64,000 nt of DNA from positions 7,070,001-7,134,000 of the forward strand of contig CM052818.1 of NCBI GenBank assembly GCA_028534125.1. Direction: 5' to 3'. The notes under the pieces were generated by a model that saw only the letters and a program-made list of their open reading frames with translations, had not been told where the DNA came from and did no database searches. This document shows, in pieces, positions 22,820 to 35,700 of the stretch. The DNA is from Lama glama. Lineage: Eukaryota. Position 1 is the first letter of the stretch. Every line of letters starts with the position of its first letter. The position numbers and the translations under genes are program-made.

Positions 22820-22968
22820 TGTATTTGCTGTTATATGTGATTTTCTCCTCTACTAAACAGAGAGCTCTTTGAAGGTAAGAATAGTGTTTCACTTACAATT
22901 TAATCTCCGGTGCCTATCAGAGTGCCTGGTACATAAAGAAACTTAATGAATGCTGTGGAATGAATTAA
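22820..22968 (+). mobile_element. L2 3' end
   Basis: 'gtgcctatcagagtgcctggtacataaagaaacttaatgaatgctgtggaatgaat' L2 terminus. Confidence 0.75.
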
Positions 22969-24984
22969 ACAATGTTATTCTCAATTTGTTTATAAGTAGT
23001 TGAATGACACTGTAAGTGATATTATGGAGAATACTATTTTTGTACTGTTGAGTTGAATTTTTGTGTTCTTTTTTTTTTTGGTAAATAGAAAGGGAATTAT
23101 AGTATAACATGTTTTATAAGGAAAACATTTTTCATTTTGAAGATTAAACTTAAAATAGTCTGAAAAATACATATCAAATATCTTCCTTTAATACCTGACC
23201 TGGCCACCTTTTATTGAAAGATTTTCTGACTCCCAAACCTCTTGTCACTAAGTTGGATGTTATTGTAATTAATACGAATTATACAAATTAGGTTTTGAAT
23301 GTCCCAAATAATGATGTGATGTTATTATCGGCTTCAGAATTCATAATAAAAAGGAGAATTTGTCAAACCAACACTGTGAAAACGAAACGGCATCATTTCC
23401 TTAAGGACCTAAGCTTTATTTCTTTTTCCATTTAAGAGTGAAACTCTCTCGAGCAGTCTTAATAAATAATTAGCTTTCCAAATAGCTGTAGTAAGTAGTG
23501 TAATAGGAATCATAAAGAAGGTGTAGGTAATTAGTAAATAAAACACTTAAACTTTAAACTTCACCACGTACTTAATAGGCATTACACAATTGGGTAATAT
23601 ATTTTTTAAATAAGCAAAATTGATGGGGCCTCTATCACCTGCTTCATTTATGGAATCATTCAGCTTTACTTGTCAATAAAACCAGTTTAATTACTGTACC
23701 CTCTGAAATTATAAAATGCAAGAGATATCTTTCATGAAAGAGATATCTTCAGTAACAAAATCTGAATACTAACCTACTCGGAAGTGTTACAGTGTCCCAA
23801 TAACACCATTAAAACTTTTCAAATATGTGAGCTATCTCGTACCATGTGGATAACTTTGAATACATAATCCTTTGTTTAACCAAATCATCATCTACCCAAT
23901 TTAGTTGACTATGTTACATTTTCACTGGCTAAAACAATTAATTAAAAAAACTCACCCTTTTTTGTTCATACATTTTTAAAGCAGCCAATCTAAAATAAAA
24001 TAAAAATATTAATTTGTAGGCACTTAGAAACTACACTTAGGTGTCTGGTCTGCAAGATGGAAGGTCTGATTTTTCGCTTGACACATTTCAGCATGACATT
24101 ATTTCTATAGCTCACATCTCTTTCTTTAACATTTTTTTATGAAGACATTTGAATATTAGTATTTTACAGACGTATAAGATGTCTTCAGCTTTTAAAAAAG
24201 GAAACTCTGGTGAAGAATTGTCTGGAAAGAAGAGGAAAGGCATAGAAATAACCTTTAGAGCCTGTGATTTCTATCTTTGTCTTTTCACATTAGGAAAATG
24301 GATAGCAGTATACTCTGTCAGTGATCAAAAGGAGAGGAAAATTATATATGCATTATCTAATGACGTAAACTTAGAATTGAGGTCTGTGGAGATCTAGAAT
24401 GAACAGTGCTACTGATTGGCACTTGACCTTGAGCACTACACTTAACTTCCCGGATGCTCCCTGTTCTCATCCTTTCAGTGGGAAGAGGAAGGGAGTTACC
24501 TTGTCCTCACTCACAGAGGATGTTGTAGGGGTAAGTTGTAAGTGCTTTTTAAAAGCATTGGAGAAGGACAAAATGCAGGCAGAATACACGTTAGCATTTA
24601 GAAACAGATGTTTGTTTATCATAATTTAAAAATTGTAACTTCTAGATCTTTTGTCTGAGGGGCATTTTTCCCTTTAACTTTATATTTGTAGAAACCTCTT
24701 ATTGATGTGTTCACAAGCATGTATAAGGTACCTAAAGAGGCAAGGAACTTTGGTTTAATTGAATGGGATTTTGAATGTTAACACAGAGTTTTGGTACATC
24801 CTGGGTTATAGCAGATGTTGATGTTGTAAGAACAAACTGTATGTATGTATCTAGGAGATAATACATTTTATTAACTTAAAGCTTGTAAAACTTGCACGTG
24901 TGTTGCAGGAAAAAATGTTCAGATATATCAGTTCCATTAGCATATTCAAAGAGAAAAATTGAATTATTTACTTTTGAATTTCAG

Positions 24985-25117
24985 GAGAATTGCTTGGTTA
25001 TAGGATCCCTCCTTACACTCAGTTATTTTGTACCTTGACTGCAGTGAAATGTGCACATTTCAGAATATAGTGGTTTGGAAGATTTCATTTATTCCAGCTA
25101 ATCTTTTATTTAGGAAG
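24985..25117 (+). other. Candidate 133-nt non-coding exon 2 of the plus-strand gene
   Basis: Acceptor ttatttacttttgaatttcAG (24983-84) and strong donor AAG|GTGAGT (25117/25118) in unique sequence 4.2 kb after exon 1. Confidence 0.6.
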
Positions 25118-25982
25118 GTGAGTGAATACAGGCGTGGAAAGGCTATATTTCAAAAAGCTAGTTTGTTTTTTTTTTCTCTTGTCCCTAAGAGTGAGCTGGA
25201 GACTTTAAGAGCCCAGAGTTAGCACATTATGTAAGTTTCTTTGAATTCAGCTTTCTCTCTCTCTTGTTATTAGCAGAAGAGTTGTCACAACCTCATGATG
25301 TTACTTTTTTTAAGTGGAAATGAAATTCTAGTGGACGCAGAGTAAGATTTATTAAAACAAGTGGGACATACAAATAAATATTTTTTGTTCCAACTAATAT
25401 TAAGTACAGTGAACAGTGATCCTCAAATGCAAGGTTGCTAAGCAGAAAGCAACTTTTAAAAACATACTGTCTTTTTGTCCTTACTGTTCAGCATCCAGCT
25501 GATGAAAAAAACTTGGAGTGGGCATATTTCTTTTCTACTTTTGAATGTAAAGTTTACACTGATGTTTATAAAGTTTTGTGTGGTGTTATGTACAACTTTT
25601 TAGTATTGGATATTTACTTTTAACATATTAAATAAAATGACCAAAACAGTCCACCTTTATTTAAGTTTTATCTGATTTTCACAACCTATGTTCTACCATT
25701 GTTTTTTCTACGTGAGTTTGTCTGTCTTTTAATGTAGAATCTTTCTCATTTTGCTCTTATTTTCTTTCCACATTGGTCTTTTTCCTTGATCATGGCAGGT
25801 TTTTTTCTTTGGCTCTCTTTTGCCTTTCCCTCTGTATAAGGTATGGAGTAAGGGTTTTCATCTATTTCAGTCTGCTTTTGTGAGGCTGAGGCAAAGGCCT
25901 TTCATATACAAAATGTGCTTTGCCTTATCTCAAAAGATGAGCTCTGACCCTCTTATCTACACAAAACTTACGGGGCTATTTT

Positions 25983-26125
25983 TTTTTTAATTTTTTTTTT
26001 TTTGTGGGGGGAGGTAGTTAAGTTCATTTATTTATTTATTTGATGTTAGAGGCAGTCCTGGGGATTGAACCCAGGACTTCATGCATCCTAAGCATGTGCT
26101 CTACCGCTTGAGCTATACCCTCCCC
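25983..26125 (-). mobile_element. vic-1-type SINE
   Basis: 'cctggggattgaacccaggacttcatgcatcctaagcatgtgctctaccgcttgagctataccctcccc'; imperfect TSD ggggctatttt/ggggatatttt. Confidence 0.9.
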
Positions 26126-27019
26126 TCAAGGGGATATTTTATAAACCTAAAACTAAGTTTTAACTTATGTGAGGTGGTGACGTGTTTATTATTTACTGCT
26201 TTTCTATTAATCTCTTATTGGGGAATACCCACAAAATTTTTTCTGTCCACGTGACTTTGAAACATCTCAAACATCCAAGCTTTGTTTTGCACAGTGCCCA
26301 GCGCCGGGTGAGCCCTGGCGGGTGTCTGAGCAATGACCGTGGTCACCTGACCACGTGGGGGGCAGCAGGCCTGAAAACAGCACATTAGAGGTGAAGAGCA
26401 GCTCCTTTGTTTTGTTTTTAACTCCTTGAAACCAGACAGAACCTCAGACTAAGTCCACTGTGAGGTTTTCCAGGGTTCGCCATTGAGTGATTAATGGTTC
26501 CTGGTACAGTAACCATCAGCTTTATTGTCTTCCAATGGCCTCAACTCAAATGAAATGTAGCCCTTTGAGTTAACTTTTGTTTTGATTTTAAGGGTTCTCA
26601 TCGAGAAAATCAAAGGTTATGAAGATGAATATGTATTTTTAAACAAAAAAGGTTTACATAAAAATCCCTTGAGTAAAAAGATTTCCCAAGGACCCAAATC
26701 CATTGATTTGGAGAGGATGTTTAATAGTTTCTTAAAACACTTGACATCATTCAGATATTGGTAGTAGAAAACCTTTCAATTTGATTAAACAAATGAATCT
26801 TCCTTTTGCTTTATATAACAAACAGTCCACTATTTTTTATTTAAGAAGTTCAAATATAAGATTAGATAAACTGCATTTTGGAGTTGATTAAAAAAGAGAT
26901 TTTTCCAGAAATTATTCTTTATAAAGTCTATGCCTCTTGGAAGAAGCTTGGGTTTTTTTTTTTTTTTTCTTTCTTTCTTTTTCTTTTTTGTACACCGATA
27001 TCCCATTCCTGGCTTCTCT

Positions 27020-27150
27020 TCATTCATTTACTCAGTTCATTCAACAGATTTATTGAGAATTTATTATGTGCCAGTTATTCTTATGAGGCATATATGTTAC
27101 AGCAGTGAAGAAAAGGAGCAAATATTACTGCCTTTGTAGAAATTACATTC
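27020..27150 (-). mobile_element. L2 3' end
   Basis: 'ttcattcatttactcagttcattcaacagatttattgagaatttattatgtgccag'. Confidence 0.75.
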
Positions 27151-28258
27151 TAAACTATTTTGATTTGTATAGTGCTTGTTGTCTGCTATTTGGAGTAGTC
27201 ATAACTAAACATTGTGTACTGATGATCTGAAAAAAAAGGGTGATTTCTTCGTATGGATTTTATGCCCTCTGACTTGGTAGAAAAGGAATCCTAAATTCTG
27301 AAACAAAACTGCATTTGAATGGGCAATATTTATGTGAGTTCGAGTTGAAATATTAAAAGCCTATAATGTTGCCGGTTGTTTCCACCAGAAATCATGAAAT
27401 CATCTTCATTTATAAATCTGGAAACCTTACAGTGGACATGGTCTGAGATTTCTCTTACCATTTTTTTTTTTTACCCTTTTGAAGTTGTTTTCTCCCTCTG
27501 CTTTGTTTTCTTTGTGACAGAGCCTGAAAAAAATGTGTAACACTGAAAATTGCACAATGGAAATGTAGTCAGCTATATTGCACAATTAACAAGAAAATCT
27601 TAAGTTGCCTTTGTCTAGTGTACATAAAGAACTAATCTTTTGTTTCTATGATTGTGAAAACTATGTGATTTCCTAAACAAACAAATAAAGCCCTCAGTGT
27701 ACATTTCCATCTTAAATATTCAAGCAGATAGATACATGTGTTTTTGCAGTACAAGTAGCATCAGTATATGATATGATATAATACAATGATTTTCATTAAT
27801 TATTTTTGTTCTTGAATATTTAACACCTGTGCAAAGTACTTGGGGGGATCAGAAACTAATAAGACATAGCACGTGTCCATAATGGTGTTCATAGTCCAGC
27901 TGGGGAGACAAAAGATCCCCACATGAAAATTAAGTCTCTGTATTAGGCAATGTGAGGTTTAACTCTTGGAAAGTCTAGTGTAGGCCTCTACAGCGTAGAC
28001 CTTGGTCAAGTGGACTTGCCTTCTGGAGGTCCCGAATGGCCTTTGCGGGAATCCATCCTTCCTTTTAAGTTCAGCAGAGATGGATGGTTAGTAGGCCTTC
28101 TTAGTGCCTTAGGCATCTATGGGTAGAACTATCCCCTTTCTAGCTGCTGCAGCTGCTCATCAAGGATGGAAAGAAAGTGGAGCACACATCCTAGCCATTT
28201 AGTACATTTGCTAGCTATCTCTATGGGAAGCAGAAACTCTGCCCCTGAAAACAGAATG

Positions 28259-28725
28259 CAGATGCCCCGACTTACCATGGTTCAACTTCTGATGGATCGA
28301 CTTTTACCGTGGTGTGAAGGCTCTACGCATCAGTAGAAACAAGACTTGGAATTTTGAGTTTGGATCTTTCCCTGGGCTGACAATATGCTGTAGGGTCCTC
28401 TGCTGATGACAGTCACGAGGTAATAACCAGTACACTTACAACCATCCGGTATTCATGCAACCATTCTGATTTTCACTTTCAGTACAGTATTCAGTAAGCT
28501 ACATGGGATAGTCATTACTTTATTATAAAATAGGCCTTGTGTTTGATGAGTTTGCCTGACTGTAGGTTAATGGAAGTGTTCTGAGCATGTGTAAGGTAGG
28601 CTATGCTAAGCTCTGATGTTGAGTAGGTTAGGTGTATTAAATTAAATGCATTTTCGACTTAACGGTATTTTCCACTTACATGGGTTTGTTGGGATGTAAC
28701 CCTGGTATTAATCGAGGAAGATCTG
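28259..28725 (-). mobile_element. Tigger5/MER47-type MITE
   Basis: Termini cagatgccccgacttaccatgg ... atcgaggaagatctg; body is the reverse of the MER47 consensus ('gtaggttaggtgtattaaa...tgcattttcgactta'). Confidence 0.85.
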
Positions 28726-31059
28726 TGTATGGACATACAATGGATACGATTTAGGGTCTTGAGGACAAAAATTTTTCCATAGCTTTGGAAAGCCTGGTAC
28801 ATCAGTAAGGGCCCTGTGCACAAGAGGAGTTCCCTAAAAAATGGAGAAAACACTGAAAGGAGAGAGAAGAATTGGATGTGGAAACTTTTGACAGTTACTG
28901 AAGACGCATTGTTTCTTCCTCAGTTTTGCCCAGAGCAGTCTTGCCTATGAAATGGATGGGCCCTGGGCCTAATATACCAAATTTAGGAAGTCTCTACATT
29001 GCTATAATATGTAGGTATAACCTTTTAAAATTGTTTTGCTTTCGAATTAGCTCAGATTCCTGATGTGTGTGTATTTAAATTCTCAAACATAATGCTGTGT
29101 GACTATGGCTTTTGTTTTCATTTTCCTGCACACTTGAAAATATTAAGAATTTGTTTTTAGAGTGTATTTGTTTGTTTATTTGGACCTAAATCTAAGATAG
29201 AATAACACAATATATGCTTGTCCCTTAGATTTAAATTAGGGGGAAAAAGTCCAAAGCCTTAGTGTTTATTTTATCTGTTGGTGAAAGTATTTGGATACTT
29301 GTGTGGAGACTTCTTTTGTTTTTTTAAAAAATAACAATTCCTATCAAGAGTTTCTTTTCTTAAAAACTGTCTGTGCTTGAACCATCACACATCTGTTTGA
29401 TTCAAAAGGCCACCTGGGATAGTTAGGTTCATTGTCTTGATTGATGTGATAGTTATAAGGGTGTATACATATGTCAAAGCTTATCAAATTATACATTTTA
29501 AGTATATGCATTTATTGTCTATCAATGAGACTTTTTAAAAAAAAGCCACCTAGATTGAAAGGTATATTTTCAAGATAAAAATCCCTATTGTAAGATTATA
29601 TTTTTAAAGCTTGTCATTTATTTTTTAAATTTTACCTACCATTTATTTACCTTCTATCCCATAACCCAGACACATATATTTTAAGAAAGACAAATGGAAC
29701 TACAGAGACCCATGAGCCAGCTGAAATTTAGATATGGGAACTTAGAGAGCTTTTCTCCATATGTAACACTCACTGGAGTATCTTTAAGTACTTTGCACAA
29801 ATTTGAATTTAGAGAATTGGAGTAGTGTATTTTTCAAGGAATCTTCCTTTTTGTATAGTTTAAGAGACTATGACTCATCTTTGGCGTGAAGTAAAGAGCA
29901 TGAATTTAGTAAGACTTTTTTTTTTTTTTAAAAAGGTTCAATCACTTAATGCTTCTTCTTAAATATTGTTCCTTTTTTTTTTAATTGCATTTTTAGAAAT
30001 GAAAATTTTGGCATGTTGGCCCATAGACTCCATGAATGAATTTGTTTAGGGAAGAACCAAGTCTGCTCCACTCCTCTTGCCTTCATGGTCTTGAGCACAG
30101 CATGGAAGGCTTCATATGTATCTGTTAAAGTCATGGTCTCATTTCAATCAAGTATTCCTTATGTCACCCAATATATGTTTCAGGGAAATTTCTTTATTAT
30201 TGGAGTTAATGCTTATGTTAACTTTTAAAACATTGGTGATTTTTTATGAATAAAGACAGTCTAGAAAAATTTTCAGAGTCTTCTTTCTGGGATGGGTACT
30301 GTCAGGGTGTTAATAAGCTGTCACTTTCAAACTCATGGTCTTTTTACCTTACAAGAGGGACACATTAGAATTACCTGTACCCAGGCCACAACCTGGGCTG
30401 AGGCCCTGGCTTCAGTACTTTTTGGAAGCCCCCAAATTATTGCAGTATGCAGCCACGTTGTACTCCACAGTGCTGTCTCCCACACGATATCCCGCACACC
30501 CAAACTTTCTCTTGTGAAACTTTACGTGTGGAAAACCTGAAAGAATAATTCAGTAAAAACCCATATTCCCTCACATAGATTCAGTAATTATTAACTTTTT
30601 ATTTGTATTTGTTTTATGACTCTCCCTTTCCCTATGTGTACACTTTTTTGTACCATGTGCAAGTAGGTTTTAGACATCATGACTCTTTACTATTAAATAT
30701 TTCAATATGCATCTCCTGAGAATATGGACATTTTCCTACATAACCACAGTACCATTGTCACACCTAAGAAAATTAATAATAACTTGGAATGCTTTGCAAG
30801 AGCTCAATTCCATTTATTAAAGGTGTATGAATTCATATTCTACTGATAATTAAATGCATGTGAAGTGAGAAGTTCTTGCAGAATATGAGGTTCTGGGAAT
30901 TTTTGCTAAAGATATGTTTCTTTTCTGTGTTTGCAAGAAAGGCCACTACTTTTTTATAAGGTAAATGCCTTTTCTCATATGTAGTGAGGTAAGATCCTTT
31001 CTAGCTCTAACATCGCATGATCATATCATGAGAAAAAACATTCATCAAAGTTCATGCCA

Positions 31060-31660
31060 CAATGTGGTTTCGTGGAAAAAGCCCCATTTTGAGCCAGAAC
31101 GATGTTGGTTCAGTTTCTTGCTCTGCCACTTACTGTAAGTGACCTTGGAGAGGTTAAACTCATGTATCAGGATGCTTTCAGAAACCACCCTGAAGCTTGC
31201 TGGAATCATCAAGAGATTTGTTATCTCACAACAAATCCAGAGGGTAGGGCAGGCTCCATGGTTGGTCAGTTCTGTAGCTCAGGTTCAGAGCATCTTTCAG
31301 CTCTCAGCTGGACTCCTTGCTGGCACTTACTTCTGTTTTGGCCCCTTCCCCACGCTAGTTCACATCCATACGTGATGATGTTCAGAGGAAGTCAGAAACC
31401 TCTCCACAGATGTGGACTGTCAAGTCTTTCTGTCTGACTGGGCATCTCTGCCCACATCTGGACCAGTAAGCAGGGATGGTGTTCTCCTAGGGAGAAGAAG
31501 AGAGGAGTGGATGTTGGGTATACCACTAACAGTTCATTACTCCTAAGTCTCCGTTTTCCTTGCTATAAAGTAGGAACAGTGATAGTTACCTCAGTGATTA
31601 TTAACTGATACACAATAGATAAAGCAACAAACACAGCTAATTTTAATAAATGCTAATTCC
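31060..31660. mobile_element. MIR (+) split by an MLT1-type LTR (-, ~31163-31535)
   Basis: MIR 5' half ends 'gtgaccttggagaggttaaactca', LTR begins 'tgtatcaggatgctttcag', MIR resumes 'taagtctccgttttccttgctataaag'. Confidence 0.7.
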
Positions 31661-32504
31661 TATGTTTACTTCTCTTTCCATCTTATAGAAAATTCTGTCT
31701 TCCTTTGATACTGCCATAGTCCATACTAGGAAGCATATGTAACTCTTTCTTAACTAGTCTCTTACCTGTTCTCTCATCTCAGTATCTAGGGCCTGGCATT
31801 TTATGGGAACTTTACAAATTGGTCAGATACCCTCCACTAACCTACCTTGGCCATCTTATTTTTTCTTATCTATTTCAACTTCACTTTATATTATTTCAAA
31901 GCCAGGGAAAGGAAACTGTCAACAGTATGTATGTATTCATCAAGATACAAATCAGATGGGAACAAAAATCCTTTTAATTTCACTATTTGTAAAAACAACA
32001 GACTTGAAATAGATTTTTTTCCTTTTATTAAAAGAAATGCACCATGACCTATGGAAAAGTCAGCAAAATAAAATGCTATGTTTGAAATATAGTATCTTAT
32101 TTGTCCAGGATACACCAAGTCTTTGATGCTTTGGGAATAGCCACGCTTATCATGGTAGTTTAGCTGCTCTGGTTTCTCTAGAACTTATTTTCTAAATAGA
32201 ATTGTGTATAATTAACAAGTCAGTCTTTTTTGGATTCTTTGGTCTTGAAGCCTCTCTTACCCACCATGAGAAAGTCGTCTTCTCAAGATGTATTTTCTGA
32301 CATGTGTGCACACTGGAGGGTCTCTGTTCAGGCATGCCCTTCTCAAAACATGTAGAGAAGGATTGTCATATTTTTCCCCTATGGAATTTCTGAAGCATTC
32401 CTGAAACACCTGTGAAGCCTGCAAAATTGTCACAACCTAATCATATGGGAAGATCTTCACCTTTTTTTTTTTTAATTTTCTTCCTAAATGATGTGATCAC
32501 TTTT

Positions 32505-32792
32505 TAAAAAAATAAACAATGTTAGTATTTTATTTCCTTCTATTTTTTCTTTTTGGTATATATATTTTTATTGAAGTATCGTCAGTTTACAATGTTGTGT
32601 CAATTTCTGGTGTACAGCACAGTCATACATGAACATACATATATTCGTTTTCATATTCTTTTTCACCATAAGTTACTACAAGTTATCAAATATAGTTCCC
32701 TGTACTATTCAGCATGAACTTGCTGTTTATCTGTTCGCTATATATCAGTTAGTATCTGCAAATGTCTAACTCCCAATTTATCCCCGCCCCGG
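32505..32792 (-). mobile_element. Young L1 3' fragment with 10-bp TSD
   Basis: 'ttattgaagtatcgtcagtttacaatgttgtgtcaatttctggtgtacagca...'; TSD gatcactttt at 32495-32504 and 32793-32802. Confidence 0.85.
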
Positions 32793-35700
32793 GATCACTT
32801 TTGAAGGAGAGCTACTGATTCTTTTTGACCTCTCAAGTGGAATGTTTAATTCCTGCCAGCCTCCACGGCAAGAAAAGAAGGGTGAAAGTCCGGTATCTCT
32901 CTTGACTTGGAAGATGCTAAGTCTTGATTTGTCCCTAGATTTTCAGTTACAGTTTTTTTGACCTTGTCTTTAATTTTTAGATTGAGCGTTGATGAGGTCT
33001 TTATGTTCTAGTAAACTCTGTGAATATTGAAAATACTTGGATTTTTGAATTCCACCCATAATTCAAAGCTTCTGCAGGCATGAATTGTTTCAGCTAGAGG
33101 TATACTTTTAAAAGAACTATTTCAGTGTGTGTTGATGTTTCTTATACTCTCAAATGAAAGTCCTGTAAATGTTAAGTTAATGAAGCAGCACAATGAAAGC
33201 AGAACTCTGAAATAGTAATTTTATATAGAAAGCCAGAGAGAGGACATTGTGGCTATAATTTTAGTTAGAAGTGCTAGAGGTTTGGGAAAAAAAGTTAGAA
33301 ATTTGTATTGCATTTCCTTGTAGTGCTATTGGTTACTCTTAAAAAGGGTGACGTAAGATTATAACTTGTGAAGCTTGGTTTTGTTTGGGCAAATTTTTAA
33401 TTTTAGTACCTTGCAGAGCAGTTTAGTGGACAAGATTCCCTTTGCTGCGTGACAAATGCCTTTACTGTTGCTACCAGTGGCTCAGAGGCTGAAAGAAAAA
33501 GTGAAATGGCTGTTGTTTTCCATCTAATACAGATTTTATTTTTATTTCCACTACCCAGTGTTAAAAAAAGAAAAGCAAAGGTCAAGATCCAAAAGCTCAA
33601 ACTAAAATTTAATTTCCTAACTAGAATAAGACTGGTTTTTGCCATGATATGAAAAGTCATCCATAGGAAACGTTTGTTAATAGCTAAACAGTTGGCCGTA
33701 CTGGTGGCTGGGATTAGTAGCAGTGGTTGGATCCAGATGTATCCCTGTCTTCTGATATTCAGTCAGGTTAAAAACCAATCAAGGCTAAGCAGTTGGGACT
33801 GACTCAACTTCTGTTTTACCTCCTTACAGAGGAATGTTTCAGCTGTGCTTCTTGCCCCTACTTTTTTTTGTCTCCCTGAGAGAATGAAACAAAAGTCCAA
33901 GTGACAGTAGTTTGGAGGGCAGTGCATTATCTGCCTCACATTACCCAAGACTTATATACTCAATGATAGAGTAATTGCTAGAGCTTTGTCCTTCTTTCTT
34001 TCTTGATTCTGTCATTTCTGTGTTGCCTTGGAGCTTCTCATGGGTGGGGCCTAAAGTTGTATGGAATGAATTCCAAGGGCAAACTGCTTTTGTCCCAGGT
34101 CATTTGTTGCTTTCATTTTCCATAAGGAGTTCTTATTTTGGCTGAAAATGGCAGCATGACCAACAGAAAATTGTTGACTAGCTGAGAAAAGTATATTTAT
34201 AGTAGCTTTAAAAAAATTCTTTGGAAAAGAGATTATACTTTGAGAATGATTTTTATTATTATTTCTGAAAGACCCAAATACCATGGGGAAATTTTATAGC
34301 CATAAATCCATTTTGCTGTATTAACCATTGTGCCATTCAGTTTGTGCATCTTTAACAATATGCTATCTGAGCATGAAGCATTTGGGGATACTTACTGGTC
34401 CACTTTGAGTTTTGGGAAGTAATTTTTTTTTCCTATTTGCAGCTGAACAGAAACAAAGGATAGTTTGAGAGTATTATTGGAATGATATTATGGTTGAAAA
34501 ATTTGCTTGTTACAAAATTTGTCTGTAATTAGCCATGAATTTAGTTTTATAGTGGACCAAGTTGTGGACTCTGCTAGAGATACAGTCCATCTTTCTGAAC
34601 TTAGTGTGACAATCTCGTAGTACAGGGACATCCTGTCTTCTCAGCATTGTTGTTGTGTTCTGCTGCAACTCATTTCAACTCATTTCAGGTGTTACTAAGG
34701 CTAACATAGTGACTTCTGAGTGGTAAGTACACTAGATTGGTAGGGGTCATGCATTTTTGGTTTTGTTTTTTTCAGTACTTACGTATCATAAGAACAACGT
34801 GATGAAAACTGAAGCATTTTCTGTTTGCACTAATTTAGGGTCATCAATAGAGACATAAAGGCATTTGACCGCTTTTTTTTTTTTTTCCGGTTTTGTTCTC
34901 ACCTAAATACTAGACAGGGAGAAGGGCAAAGAATCTATGTTGCAGGGGCAGGGTATGTTGGGAGGGATGTGATGGAGGAGAGGGGCTTGCTGCTACCACT
35001 TCTGTTCATCTTTGTAATCTCCTAACTTCTTCATATGGTCTTTGACAACTGTTCTAGTGACAAGTTTCACTTCTTGTGGAGAAATTGTGACTTTTATTTT
35101 TGGGTAATTCTGTGAATAAGAAAATGGGTTTTTAAAAGTGGATTTCTTATTTCCTAAAATAAAGTGGAAGCCTTTTTCCTTTTGTTCTTCTGCTTCATCT
35201 TATATTAGCCAGTTTTACACTTATAGAATTATTGGTGTGAGAATTACTCTTTTGAAAGCTTTCAAGTTTTTTTTTTTTTGATCCAGGTTGTTGGCATTCC
35301 ACCTGACAGTATCTGCATACTTCTTAGGAATACAAAATAAGAAGCACTTTAGAATATTTATCCTTTAATTTTTGAATCCCAGATGCAGGAACTAGTGCAA
35401 ACTCAGTATGCCATTATGTGATGAGAGAAAACAAGACATGTTTATGACTAGGAGAAAATTCTTGGCAAAGAGAAGTTCTGTCCTGTTCAATCAGTTCCTG
35501 AAATTGAACTGAGTTTTCTTTGAATAGGTACATCTTTGAAGTTGAAATGATTTAGCAGTCATTTGTGAGCACTGGTTAGTGAGGTCTGAGGGCCCTCTGT
35601 GCTCCCAAGGAGGCAGTTTGTGCAGCAGATTCATAGCGAGTCATAGTGTACTATGACTTTTCTAAAGAGTTCTAAAGAATAGGTGATGTTTTGGTACACT

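Noticed and set aside
23720..23749. Direct repeat AAGAGATATCTT x2 around a TTTCATGAAA palindrome
   Set aside because: A single short local duplication; no array structure or associated element
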